Shown here: one piece after another, positions 19,668-29,734 of the stretch
Numbering within the stretch: position 1 is the first letter of the stretch
Layout: each line of letters begins with the position of its first letter
Assembly: GCA_027036135.1 (NCBI GenBank)
Contig: JALVSY010000007.1
Span: forward strand, 1,028,880 to 1,092,879
Origin: Pyrodictiaceae archaeon
GTDB lineage: Archaea; Thermoproteota; Thermoprotei_A; Sulfolobales; Pyrodictiaceae
Reading direction: 5' to 3'
Length of the DNA stretch: 64,000 bases
Made by a program: the position numbers and the translations under genes
Notes under the pieces: model-generated
What the model was told of the DNA's origin: nothing
What the model saw: only the letters and a program-made list of their open reading frames with translations
Databases searched by the model: none

Positions 19668-20377
19668 GATAGCTCCAAAAGGGCATGGACATCGCTTATA
19701 CCAAGTCTCTCTAAGCGCTTCCTCCACTCAGAACCGATAGCTATAACGACGACCGCTCCGACGACCTTGCCTCCTGCTCTCTTAACGGCTTTTGCAAGAG
19801 CCTCGAATGTGGCACCAGTACGAGCAAAGTCATCGACGAGTAGCACCTTGGATCCCTCAGACAGAGAGTCTCTGGGCACGTAGAACACCTTTACACCGAA
19901 AGGTTGCTCGCCGCCTTCGCTCCTAATGTACTCCCGGCCAGGGCTACCAGGATGACGCCTAGCCAGTACAAGGCGTGCATCAAGAGCCAGCGCTACCAGT
20001 GTGGCCAGGGGTACACCTATAGTCTCAGCTGATAGGACAGTGTCAACCCTTTCCTTATACTTGTACTCAGTCCATGCCGAGACTAGGCGCAGTACAAGAG
20101 GATCAAGCATAACGTACTCTAGGTCAGCTATGCTTCTCGTGGCTCTTAGACGCGAAGCTATCAATGATGCGAGATTTATTCTACTAAGGATAGTATTGAG
20201 GATTACTCGTGCCTGTGATGGGCTTGGTATTCTAGCACCTGTCGCGTACTGGGCTAGGACGTTCCTTGATATACCGAGCAGTTTCTCGAGCTCAGCATAG
20301 CTCATATCCCGGTGTAGTAGTCTTAGGATCTCTACTACGCTTAGCTGAAGCCGAAGTGTGTCAATCTTCTTAGCCAT
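19664..20377 (-). CDS. HTH + phosphoribosyltransferase-domain protein, probable purine regulator (PurR-like)
   Basis: N-terminal HTH, PRPP loop LVDDFARTGAT; divergent from purC. Confidence 0.75.
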   Translation of the reverse strand: MAKKIDTLRLQLSVVEILRLLHRDMSYAELEKLLGISRNVLAQYATGARIPSPSQARVILNTILSRINLASLIASRLRATRSIADLEYVMLDPLVLRLVSAWTEYKYKERVDTVLSAETIGVPLATLVALALDARLVLARRHPGSPGREYIRSEGGEQPFGVKVFYVPRDSLSEGSKVLLVDDFARTGATFEALAKAVKRAGGKVVGAVVVIAIGSEWRKRLERLGISDVHALLELS

Positions 20378-20440
20378 GTCTAGGACACCGTTACTCGCTC
20401 AAGACAATAAAGCATTTAGAAAGGCTTAGTTATGCCTATC

Positions 20441-20458
20441 TTTACTTAGCTAAGTAAA
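20441..20458. promoter_or_regulatory. Perfect 18-bp palindrome, candidate operator
   Basis: TTTACTTAGCTAAGTAAA between the divergent regulator and purC. Confidence 0.55.
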
Positions 20459-20532
20459 TAGAATGAAGTAGCGCAATAAGGGTTAAAAAGAGTCTCAATC
20501 CGTAACCGCGTAAAATAGGGGCTAATAGGGCC

Positions 20533-21267
20533 TTGAGCACCAAGCCACAAGAGCTTTCTCTGCTTTACGAGGGCAAGTCAAAAAAGCTATACAAGGTGAG
20601 CGCTAACGAGGCAATAATGGTGTTTAAGGACGAAGTAACAGCATACAACGGGAAATACCACGACATAGTCCCTGGTAAGGGACTATACTCCGCCATACTT
20701 AGCTCAAAGCTCTTCGAGGTACTCGAGCAAAACAACATAGGAACCCACTACCTATGCTACATGGGCGGTAACAAGGTCAAGGTAAGGATACACAAGGTAC
20801 TCCCCATAGAAGTCATAGTGAGGAACTATGCATATGGGAGTATGCTGAAAAGGCTACCGCTACTAAGAGAACTCGAGCCCATAAACCCACCACTAGTAGA
20901 GTACCACTACAAAGACGATCGCCTCGGAGACCCCCTGGTTCATCCACGCGACCTTGTTATAGCAGGGCTAGTCAACAGCGACGAGCTCGAGGAGCTAGAG
21001 AACCTGGCCATAAGAACGAACGAGATCCTCAAAAGGTTCTGGGAAGATAGAGGACTAAAGCTAATCGACTTCAAAATAGAGGTAGCCAAGACGAGGAAAG
21101 GCCTAGTAATCGTTGACGAGATAACAGGCGACTCTATGAGGCTGCTTGACGAGAAAGGAGCACACCTTGACAAGGAGATCTACCGGAGAACAAGGAACAC
21201 CAAGGCCCTTCTCTCAGCCTACCAGCGCCTAGCCGAACTAGCAGGCTCTCCTATGAGGAGGTGCTAA
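20533..21267 (+). CDS. purC: SAICAR synthase
   Basis: YEGKSK, PIEVIVRN, DFKIE and DEITGDSMR motifs. Confidence 0.95.
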   Translation: MSTKPQELSLLYEGKSKKLYKVSANEAIMVFKDEVTAYNGKYHDIVPGKGLYSAILSSKLFEVLEQNNIGTHYLCYMGGNKVKVRIHKVLPIEVIVRNYAYGSMLKRLPLLRELEPINPPLVEYHYKDDRLGDPLVHPRDLVIAGLVNSDELEELENLAIRTNEILKRFWEDRGLKLIDFKIEVAKTRKGLVIVDEITGDSMRLLDEKGAHLDKEIYRRTRNTKALLSAYQRLAELAGSPMRRC

Positions 21268-21560
21268 TAATAACCATGCCTGTTTATAGAGTGCTCATGG
21301 TCGTAACCAATAAGGAAGCTGCACGAGACCCCGAAGGAGAAACGTTAGCGCACGAGCTAAGAAAACAAGGGTACAGCTACATAGTATCGCTGAGGGCTGG
21401 AAAATCCTACATAGTTGATATCGAGGCTGCTAGCGCTGAGAAAGCCATTCTCCTCGTAAAGGAGCTCGCTTCTAGGTCAAGGCTCTATAACCCAGTAGTG
21501 CATGATCTCCGGGTGCTCCTCCTTGCCGAGAATAGCCGTGGTAAAGTATCCGGGGACTAA
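21261..21560 (+). CDS. purS: FGAM synthase subunit PurS
   Basis: RDPEGET and LYNPVV motifs; position in operon. Confidence 0.9.
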   Translation: MLIITMPVYRVLMVVTNKEAARDPEGETLAHELRKQGYSYIVSLRAGKSYIVDIEAASAEKAILLVKELASRSRLYNPVVHDLRVLLLAENSRGKVSGD

Positions 21561-22197
21561 CTGCGAGGAGGAAACAGCGTTCGCCGTGAAACAAGTAGCA
21601 GGGCTTGAGTCCAGCATAGTGTGGCATACCGAGCTTCACTGGAGACTATGGGATGCCATAATAATACCTGGAGGCTTTAGCTATGGAGACTATGGCCGCG
21701 CCGGCTTAATAGCTTCTTGGACTAAGTCGATCGACGAGATAAGAGAGGCTATCGACAACGGGACCCCAGTCCTAGGCATATGTAATGGGTTCCAAGTACT
21801 AGTGGAGGCAGGTATACTGCCCGGAGCCTTGCTAGCCAACAGCAATGGATCCTTTATTGCTAGGTGGTTATGGCTCCGAATACGCCGTCCCCGTGGCCCC
21901 TGGTTATCCGTGGCAACAGAGTCACAGCTGGTCTCAATGCCGATAGCTCACGCCGAAGGACGCTACTATGTAAACAACCTAGACGAAGTAAGGCAAGGGC
22001 CTTGGATAGAGTACTTAGAGAACCCTAATGGGAGCATAGCCAACCTTGCCGGGGTATCGTCTCACGACGGCCTAGTTCTCGGCCTAATGCCTCATCCCGA
22101 GAGAGCAGCCTTCCCATGGCAAGCCCCGCCAGGCTACACAGCTGGTGGACGCCTCATCTTCGAGAGCATATCCCAGAGTCTGAGAAACGGTTGGTGA
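21523..22197 (+). CDS. purQ: FGAM synthase glutaminase subunit
   Basis: PGTNC, PGGFSYGDY, GICNGFQ and MPHPER motifs; TTG start after GGGTG RBS. Confidence 0.95.
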   Translation: MPRIAVVKYPGTNCEEETAFAVKQVAGLESSIVWHTELHWRLWDAIIIPGGFSYGDYGRAGLIASWTKSIDEIREAIDNGTPVLGICNGFQVLVEAGILPGALLANSNGSFIARWLWLRIRRPRGPWLSVATESQLVSMPIAHAEGRYYVNNLDEVRQGPWIEYLENPNGSIANLAGVSSHDGLVLGLMPHPERAAFPWQAPPGYTAGGRLIFESISQSLRNGW

Positions 22198-22205
22198 TCC
22201 GCACT

Positions 22206-24377
22206 ATGCCGTTAGCGCCCGAGGAGATAGAATACGTGAGAAAGGCCCTAGGCAGAGAGCCAAGCCGAGAAGAGCTAGCAATACTTGAAGCCGAGTGGAG
22301 CGAACACTGCAGCTATAAGAGCACAAAGAAGCTCCTAAGAACGCTCCCAACAAAGGCTCCATGGGTGCTAGTAGAGCCTGGCCGAGACGCAGGCGCAATA
22401 AGGCTCTTCGATGACGTGGCCCTAGTAGCCCGCATAGAGAGCCACAATCATCCATCAGCTATTGATCCATACAATGGAGCGGCTACTGGTATCGGAGGAA
22501 TAATACGCGATGTGCTCAGCCTAGGCGCTAAGCCAGTACTCCTGCTCGATTCACTGTACCTTGGCTGCCTAGATGATGACTATGCTCGGTGGCTAGCTAA
22601 GGGAATAGTAAAGGGGATAAGCGACTACGGTAACAGGGTAGGTGTCCCAACAGCAGCTGGTCAAACCTGGTTCGCAAAGACATATAACAAGCAACCCCTG
22701 GTCAATGTCGCCTGCATAGGCCTTGTACACCCCGGCAAGATTCTTGAGGGAAGAGTAGAGCCCGGCGACATCATAGTACTTGCTGGCAACACTACGGGGC
22801 GAGACGGTCTCCTGGGAAGTAGCTTTGCTAGTAAGCCTCTCAGCGGCAACGAGGAAGACCTAGCAGCTATACAAGTTGGAAACCCATTCCTCGAGAAACT
22901 ACTAATAGATGCTCTCCAAGAAGCTTTCAAGAAACACGTACTAAGACACGTGAAGGATCTAGGCGGTGGAGGCCTAGCAACAGCTATTATTGAGACGGCT
23001 GCGCAAAACAATGTAGGATTCCGCGTCCACCTAGACAGGGTGCACCTAAGAGAGCACGATCTCTCAGCAGTAGAGATAATAGTGTCTGAGAGCCAGGAAC
23101 GAATGCTCCTTGTTCCATACCGTGATAAGCTCGGGGAACTATTAGAGATCCTTGATAGATATGGTGTAGAGTACAGCGTAATAGGCTACTTCACGAGGAG
23201 CAAGAGAGCAGTATTCCTTTACAGGGGCATACCCGTCGCCGATCTTCCTGTAGAACTAGCAGTAAACCCACCAACTCCGCGTAGGGAGATTAACCCTCTT
23301 CCCCCGCCTCCACCTCTCCCAAAGCTTGAGGCCGATATCGTTGATACGTTGATAAGAGTTCTACGAAGTCCCAGGGTAGGCTCTAAGGCATGGATATACG
23401 AGAGCTATGACTGGGGAGTCGGTGGCAGAACGATAGGTGTACCGGGAGCCTATGACGCAGCGGTCATATGGCTGAGAGATGGAACGCTCCGAGGCTTCGC
23501 GGCGGCTCTTCACGGTAATCCACGCTACACGAGACTTGACCCGTTCCGTGGAGCTGCTCTTAGCCTCGCAGAAGCGTATCGCAAGGTAGCGAGTGTAGGC
23601 GCCGAGCCCCTGGCTGTCCTCGATAACGTGAACTCGGGTAACCCAGAGAAGCCGTGGCAACATGCATACACGGCTGCGATGATAGAGGGCTTGGCATGGA
23701 TGGCCCGGGGCCTCGGGCTCCCTGTCATAGGAGGAAATGTGAGTCTTTATAACGAGGACTCCGAGGGCAACATGATAGACCCCGTTACCAGCGTCCTAGT
23801 AGTTGGCCGCGTAAGTGATGTATCTAAAGTGTTCCCTAACTCGCTGCAGGGTTGCGGCCCAGTTCTATTAGCAGGTATTACTGAGCCAGAGCTAGGCGGT
23901 AGCGAGGTGGCAGAAATAATCCTAGGTAAACCGGTGGGCCGCCCTCCTAAGCCGAGGCCATCCATGGAGAAGCGCGTAGCGCAGCTCGCAAAACTGCTTG
24001 CCCAAGAGCAGCTAGCTTGTAGCGCTCATAGCGTCGGTATTGGCGGCGTACTAGTCGCATTAGCGAAGATGACTATACGTGGGCGCCGAGGCCTCGAGGT
24101 CTCTCTCAAAACAGTCTGTGAGAAGTGTACAGCGTTTGAGGCAGCATTCTCGGAGACTCCTGCCAGAATACTCTTTGAGGTAAAGGAGGACAAGCTAGAT
24201 CTTGTTTATGAGTATGCAGCCAAGCTAGGTGTCCCAGTAAAAATAGTGGCTATGCCAATAAAACAAGAAAAGCTAGTAATCAAGATAAACAACTACATGC
24301 ATCAAATCAGCATTGATACCCTCGTAGAGGCCTATACATGGGCCGAGAAAAACCTTGTCAGACCCAAGGGCGACTAG
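22206..24377 (+). CDS. purL: FGAM synthase subunit PurL
   Basis: WSEHCSYKS, ESHNHPS, SESQERM and GGNVSLYN motifs. Confidence 0.97.
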   Translation: MPLAPEEIEYVRKALGREPSREELAILEAEWSEHCSYKSTKKLLRTLPTKAPWVLVEPGRDAGAIRLFDDVALVARIESHNHPSAIDPYNGAATGIGGIIRDVLSLGAKPVLLLDSLYLGCLDDDYARWLAKGIVKGISDYGNRVGVPTAAGQTWFAKTYNKQPLVNVACIGLVHPGKILEGRVEPGDIIVLAGNTTGRDGLLGSSFASKPLSGNEEDLAAIQVGNPFLEKLLIDALQEAFKKHVLRHVKDLGGGGLATAIIETAAQNNVGFRVHLDRVHLREHDLSAVEIIVSESQERMLLVPYRDKLGELLEILDRYGVEYSVIGYFTRSKRAVFLYRGIPVADLPVELAVNPPTPRREINPLPPPPPLPKLEADIVDTLIRVLRSPRVGSKAWIYESYDWGVGGRTIGVPGAYDAAVIWLRDGTLRGFAAALHGNPRYTRLDPFRGAALSLAEAYRKVASVGAEPLAVLDNVNSGNPEKPWQHAYTAAMIEGLAWMARGLGLPVIGGNVSLYNEDSEGNMIDPVTSVLVVGRVSDVSKVFPNSLQGCGPVLLAGITEPELGGSEVAEIILGKPVGRPPKPRPSMEKRVAQLAKLLAQEQLACSAHSVGIGGVLVALAKMTIRGRRGLEVSLKTVCEKCTAFEAAFSETPARILFEVKEDKLDLVYEYAAKLGVPVKIVAMPIKQEKLVIKINNYMHQISIDTLVEAYTWAEKNLVRPKGD

Positions 24378-24379
24378 CT

Positions 24380-25741
24380 ATGTGCGGCATAGCTGCCTGG
24401 ATGGGCGAGCTCCCCTACTATAATCTCTACCAGCTTCTCCTAGAACAACAGCACAGAGGACATGATGCAGCCGGCATAGCGATACGATATCGTAGTGATC
24501 TAAGAGTTTTTGGCGGCGGAGGTTATGTATGGAAGGCATTACCTGAGCCAGAAAGCATTAGCCTTGAGTCCAAGCTGGGTATAGGCCACGTAAGGTACTC
24601 AACTAGCGGCGGTTATGACGAGGTATATCAACCAGTCCTATCAAATAACAGGACCATAGCCCTCGCGTTTAACGGTAACATATACAACTATGTGGAGGCA
24701 AGCAAAGAGATTCTAGGAGACAGGAAAAGCTATGACTGGGATGCAGCAGCCTTTGCGGACCTAATCGAGCACTACTATGGTGAGACCCGTAGCCTCATCG
24801 AAGCAGTAAGAGAGACAGCTAAGCTGGTCAAGGGAGCCTATAGTCTCGTTGTCATCAGCTCGAAGGGGGAACTAGTTGCGGCAAGAGACCCCCATGGTAT
24901 AAGGCCTCTCGCAGTTAGCATTAATGACGAAGTAGTGGCAGTTGCCTCTGAGACCGCTGCTCTAGGAGCACTGGGTCTCAATTGGGCTGAGCTACCTAGA
25001 TCCGGGGCACTATATTGCCAGGGGTCTCCTAGAAATTGCTATACAGATAGTATTGCTTCGGCGAAGCCTCCGCGGCCGTGTGTGTTCGAGTACATATACT
25101 TCCTTCGCCCAGACAGCGTCTTTGAGGGAGTGGTTGCCCACGAAGCTCGTAAGAGAATGGGGATGCTTCTTGCCAGGATAGATGATGTAGTAGTTGACCT
25201 TGTTGTCCCGGTACCCGATAGTGGTAGGAGCGCTGCAATAGGTTACGCGATCGAGAAAGGGGTACCACTAGACGAGGGTCTCTATCGTAACCGGTTTGTT
25301 GGTAGAGCATTCATATCCTCACCATCAATTAGGAAGAGACGCTTACTGAGAAAGTTCTCGCCAATACCAAGCACTATCCGTGGCAGGCGTGTGGCAATAG
25401 TTGATGACTCAATAGTGCGTGGAGATACCTCGCGCTGGATAACAAGGCTAGCCCGCGCAAGTGGTGCAAGAGAAGTTCACTTCCGTAGCGCTTCCCCTCC
25501 GCTCCGCTATCCATGCTTCTTCGGAATAGATATCCCGAGTAGAGACGAGCTAATAGCCAGCAAGCACAGCGTTGAGGAGATCCGTAGAATTATCGGAGCC
25601 GACACGCTCCTATACAATACCGTTGAGAACCTCGTGAAAGCAATAGGCAAGCCGGTTTGCCTAGGATGTTTTACTTCGAAGTACCCATATCCTCTCCACT
25701 TACAACTCCTTGAGCAAAGATTCGTCTCAGGCAGAAGGTGA
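24380..25741 (+). CDS. purF: Amidophosphoribosyltransferase
   Basis: MCGI (Cys1 nucleophile), QHRG, GHVRYST, VDDSIVRG; Fe-S Cys residues present. Confidence 0.95.
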   Translation: MCGIAAWMGELPYYNLYQLLLEQQHRGHDAAGIAIRYRSDLRVFGGGGYVWKALPEPESISLESKLGIGHVRYSTSGGYDEVYQPVLSNNRTIALAFNGNIYNYVEASKEILGDRKSYDWDAAAFADLIEHYYGETRSLIEAVRETAKLVKGAYSLVVISSKGELVAARDPHGIRPLAVSINDEVVAVASETAALGALGLNWAELPRSGALYCQGSPRNCYTDSIASAKPPRPCVFEYIYFLRPDSVFEGVVAHEARKRMGMLLARIDDVVVDLVVPVPDSGRSAAIGYAIEKGVPLDEGLYRNRFVGRAFISSPSIRKRRLLRKFSPIPSTIRGRRVAIVDDSIVRGDTSRWITRLARASGAREVHFRSASPPLRYPCFFGIDIPSRDELIASKHSVEEIRRIIGADTLLYNTVENLVKAIGKPVCLGCFTSKYPYPLHLQLLEQRFVSGRR

Positions 25742-25750
25742 TAAGGAGGG

Positions 25751-26959
25751 ATGGGTCTCTTACTGACATACTTCTATGAGATAGACCAAGACGCCGGGAA
25801 ATACGCCTACTATGGAGTAATGGGTCTACGTCATAGAGGATATAGAGTTGTTTACGCTGTTCTAGGCCCCAATGGGTTTGAGATAGGGGAAGCGAATCCT
25901 TGGAGCGAGTGGGGACTTCCAAGCGGCTACGCAGTTATTGCTGGAATATCTCCGACAGCTAGGCTGGCTACATCGAGGCATAATGGTAGACGCGTAGTAG
26001 CGATAATCGATGGGCCCTGCCCCGTAGAGAAGCTTGCAGAAACAATGGCTAAGAATGATCTACGCGATGTAGCTGAGGAGCTAGTAAGCGGCGATGAGTA
26101 TCGGTGGTGCGCTGCAATAGCTCTCCGCAGCGATGGAGCGTTTATCGCTGGCCGTGGAAAGGAGAGCAGAAGGCCACTAAGCATAGGAGGCTATGGCTTT
26201 GAAGCATTATATGCAGCTACGGAGACAGCACCAATAATCCTCATGGGTGGCTCCCCGAGATACGATCTTGGCGGCGGAGAGGCTGTCTATGGTGATCGCT
26301 ACAGCCTTGACCGTGTACATGTACCGGGACGGCGGAGAACCTCCCTCTTCGAGTACGTCTACCTAGCTAGACCCGATAGCTTGGTTGACGGGGTTAGTGT
26401 CTATGCCTTTAGGAGAGAGATGGGTAGGCAACTAGCCCTTATACATGACGCTGACGTGGATGTAGTGGTTGGTGTGCCTGAGACAGCAATACCCTATGCA
26501 ATAGGATACGCTGAGGCAAAACACGTGAGGTTGGAACAAGGATTTGTCTCAACGCTTGGCCGTGTACGTACAGCCTTAGCGCCAGTAAGCCTAGAGGAGC
26601 GCCTTATGATGCTCAGCCTCAAGCTTAACCCGGTGCCAGGGATATTTGAGGATAAGTCAATAGCCATAGTGGATGATAGCGTCGTTACTGGTTTGACTCT
26701 GAAGACCGTTATCCAGCGACTAAGACGCCTCCATGGTGCAAGGGAGGTACACGTAGCCGTCTCTAGTCCAAGGATAATATCTAGATGTAGGTTCGGTGTA
26801 CAATTAGTTGATGAGAGTAGCCTTATAGCGCGATACCTGTCCGACGAGGATGTCTCACGCGTCCTTGATGCTGATAGCCTAGTCTGGCTTCCCTTGAGGG
26901 AAGCTGTTCGCTTCCTCAGAGAGCATGGAGTAGAGCCCTGTACGGAGTGTATGAGGTGA
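25751..26959 (+). CDS. Second PurF-like protein with a degenerate glutaminase domain
   Basis: PRTase loop VDDSVVTG and FEYVYLARPDS present, but no N-terminal Cys. Confidence 0.85.
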   Translation: MGLLLTYFYEIDQDAGKYAYYGVMGLRHRGYRVVYAVLGPNGFEIGEANPWSEWGLPSGYAVIAGISPTARLATSRHNGRRVVAIIDGPCPVEKLAETMAKNDLRDVAEELVSGDEYRWCAAIALRSDGAFIAGRGKESRRPLSIGGYGFEALYAATETAPIILMGGSPRYDLGGGEAVYGDRYSLDRVHVPGRRRTSLFEYVYLARPDSLVDGVSVYAFRREMGRQLALIHDADVDVVVGVPETAIPYAIGYAEAKHVRLEQGFVSTLGRVRTALAPVSLEERLMMLSLKLNPVPGIFEDKSIAIVDDSVVTGLTLKTVIQRLRRLHGAREVHVAVSSPRIISRCRFGVQLVDESSLIARYLSDEDVSRVLDADSLVWLPLREAVRFLREHGVEPCTECMR

Positions 26960-28452
26960 GACCTTCCTTGCCCCGCGTCTTGCTTGTGGGAAGTGGTGCT
27001 AGGGAGCACGCAATCGCCCTCCTCCTAGCGGGTAGCCCAGAGGAGCCAGAGATAGCAGCAGTAATGGATCACTTTAACCCAGGCATTGCCGAGGTAGCTG
27101 AGAAGACTGGAGGCAGGGTATACTTAGCTAAGACAACTAGTGCTGATAGCGTCCTATTAGTAGCGGAGGAGTACTCGCCAGACCTGGTAGTCGTAGGGCC
27201 CGAGGAGCCCCTCTTCGCTGGAATTGCTAACAAGCTACGGGAGAAGGGATTCACCGTCTTTGGCCCGGACAAGGAGCTTGCCAGAATAGAGAAAGACAAG
27301 GTGTTCGCAAGAAGCCTTATGTGGAGACACGGTATCCCGGGAAGACTGCGTTACAAAGCCTTCCGCGACCCAGAGGAAGCATCTAAGTATGCACGCGTTG
27401 CAGGAGACGTTGTCGTCAAGCCTGCTCGCCAAGCTGGAGGAAGTGGTGTAAGAATATTCGCTGAGCCATACGAGCACCTCTCCAAGCTAGCAAGGAGCGT
27501 TGCATCAGAGTACGTCAGCGCAGTGGCGGAGAAAGTCAAGGCAAAGTACAGCGACATGGATTACTTAGTCTTAGTAGAGGAGCGCGTAGACGGCGTAGAG
27601 TACACGGTAATGACCGTTACAGACGGCGACAGCGTCGTAGCACTACCTGTTGTACAAGATCATCCACACGTCTATCCCTTCGACATAGGCCCTGAGACTG
27701 GCGGGATGGGGGCAATAGCCGGGCCTTGCTGGACTCTCCCATTTATAACGGAGGAAGAGTACAGTGAGAGCATAGAAATCATTAGAAAGACCATTGATGC
27801 GTTACGTAGTGAGATAGGCAAGCCATATGTTGGCGCACTTAGCGGCCAGATGATGCTCACTGGTTTCTGGGGCCCGACACTCATAGAGTATTATTCGCGA
27901 TTCGGTGACCCAGAGATATCAGCGCTACTATTCCTCCTAGAGAGTAGCTTCCTGGAGCTCTTGGATAGGGCTGCTTCCCGTAGACTAGCGGGATATAAGC
28001 TCTCAATAAAGTGCGACCAATACGTCGTTGTAAAAGCAGTTGCGCCCTCCGGTTATCCTCTCGAGAGAGCTAGGGCAAGAGGTCACCCGGTCGCAGTAGA
28101 TAAAGACATTGTTGAGAAGCTTGGCTGCGAGCTACTCTACGGCGGCGTTGATAAGAATAGTACCGGAGACCTGGTCTCAACAGGCTCTAGGCTCGCAGAG
28201 ATAGTATGTCCTAGCGACAAGGGCTTCGAGGATGCATCAAAGCGAGCTGAGAAAGCCATAGCTGGCATCTGGCTTAGGGATGGCCATCCGCTTATCCATC
28301 GCTGGGACATAGGCTCGCGAGTCCTCCTCGAGCAAAGAGTTGCTATGGCTCGCCGGGCCCGGATATCCTATACTCGTCGCCGCGAAAAGGGACTCATGGC
28401 TATTTATGACTGGGTTCCTGGTCAAGGCTTAGTCAAATACAACTATGAGTGA
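26947..28452 (+). CDS. purD: Phosphoribosylamine-glycine ligase; start probably 26956 or 26968
   Basis: GSGAREHA, GPEEPL, QDHPH, ETGGMG and RFGDPE motifs. Confidence 0.95.
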   Translation: MYEVRPSLPRVLLVGSGAREHAIALLLAGSPEEPEIAAVMDHFNPGIAEVAEKTGGRVYLAKTTSADSVLLVAEEYSPDLVVVGPEEPLFAGIANKLREKGFTVFGPDKELARIEKDKVFARSLMWRHGIPGRLRYKAFRDPEEASKYARVAGDVVVKPARQAGGSGVRIFAEPYEHLSKLARSVASEYVSAVAEKVKAKYSDMDYLVLVEERVDGVEYTVMTVTDGDSVVALPVVQDHPHVYPFDIGPETGGMGAIAGPCWTLPFITEEEYSESIEIIRKTIDALRSEIGKPYVGALSGQMMLTGFWGPTLIEYYSRFGDPEISALLFLLESSFLELLDRAASRRLAGYKLSIKCDQYVVVKAVAPSGYPLERARARGHPVAVDKDIVEKLGCELLYGGVDKNSTGDLVSTGSRLAEIVCPSDKGFEDASKRAEKAIAGIWLRDGHPLIHRWDIGSRVLLEQRVAMARRARISYTRRREKGLMAIYDWVPGQGLVKYNYE

Positions 28453-28492
28453 TGTTTTATCTATAGAACCCATATAGTCTCGGGTGATTGAA

Positions 28493-29734
28493 ATGGGTAT
28501 ACCTAAGCCAATGAAGCATTTGCCTAGCCCTGTGGGCCCTGAGTCGGCAAAGATACTACTATTGGGAGGAGGAGAGCTAGGCAAAGAGGTGGCAATAGAG
28601 GCTCATCGCCTCGGGCTAGAGGTCATAGTAGTTGATAGGTATGATTGGGCACCTGCGATGCATGTAGCACATAGGAGATACGTTGTAGATATGCTCAACT
28701 ACGAGGCCGTGAAGAGTATTGCTGAGAAAGAGAAGCCGCTTGCCATAATACCCGAGATAGAGGCAATCAATACAAGTGCTCTAGCCTATCTCGAGGAAAG
28801 AGGCTACCACGTTGTACCAAACGCTGAGGCCGTGCGTATAGCCATGAACCGTATAGAGCTTAGACGCTTCGCAGCAGAGAAACTAGGTCTACCCACAACC
28901 AGGTACGCTTTTGCCTCAAACGAGGAGGAGGCTTATGAGGCATGCGAGAAGGTGGGATACCCTTGCCTCATTAAGCCCGAGATGAGCAGCAGCGGGCATG
29001 GCCATGTAAAAGTAGTGGAGCCATCAAGGCGCAGCGTCTACGAGGCTTACCGCGAATCAATAAGCCATGCACGCGGAGCGAGTAAGAGGGTTATTGTTGA
29101 GGAGTTCGTGGAGCTCGAGACAGAGTTCACCGTGCTAGCCTATCGCTGGGTTGACTGCAACGGGAAGCCTAGAACGGATACAATGGAGCCTATCGAGCAT
29201 TGGCGTTACGGCGAGTACCACTACATAGAGTCCTGGCAGCCATCCACAAGGCCCAGCTCGGTACTCGAGGAGGCTAAGAGAATCGCTGCCAGGGTTGCAG
29301 AGAGGCTTGGAGGCGTAGGCGTCTTTGGAGCAGAACTTTTCCTCGCTAAAGACGGAAGACTATTGTTTAGCGAGGTAGCGCCTCGTCCACACGATACGGG
29401 ATTAGTTACTCTTGTTAGTCAGGACCTTAGCGAGTTCGCGGTACACGTTAGGGCGTCAATAGGGCTCCCAGTACCAGAGGTAAGAGTACTAACGCCGGCA
29501 GCAAGCCTAGCAATATACACCGACTTGGACAACGAGTGGTATCCTAGGCTCACTGGAGTCTACGACGCGTTGACTAAACATGGCGTCCACCTCCGCTGGT
29601 TTGGGAAGCCCTATACTTACCGAGGAAGAAGAATGGCCGTTCTCCTAGCGAGAGGCGATAGCGTCGATGAGGCACGGAGAATAGTTCACGAGGCAGCTAA
29701 AAACCTCAAGGTGGTGTCAAGGAGCAATGAGTAG
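28493..29734 (+). CDS. purT: Formate-dependent GAR transformylase
   Basis: LLGGGELGKE, MSSSGHG and EVAPRPHDTG motifs. Confidence 0.95.
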   Translation: MGIPKPMKHLPSPVGPESAKILLLGGGELGKEVAIEAHRLGLEVIVVDRYDWAPAMHVAHRRYVVDMLNYEAVKSIAEKEKPLAIIPEIEAINTSALAYLEERGYHVVPNAEAVRIAMNRIELRRFAAEKLGLPTTRYAFASNEEEAYEACEKVGYPCLIKPEMSSSGHGHVKVVEPSRRSVYEAYRESISHARGASKRVIVEEFVELETEFTVLAYRWVDCNGKPRTDTMEPIEHWRYGEYHYIESWQPSTRPSSVLEEAKRIAARVAERLGGVGVFGAELFLAKDGRLLFSEVAPRPHDTGLVTLVSQDLSEFAVHVRASIGLPVPEVRVLTPAASLAIYTDLDNEWYPRLTGVYDALTKHGVHLRWFGKPYTYRGRRMAVLLARGDSVDEARRIVHEAAKNLKVVSRSNE

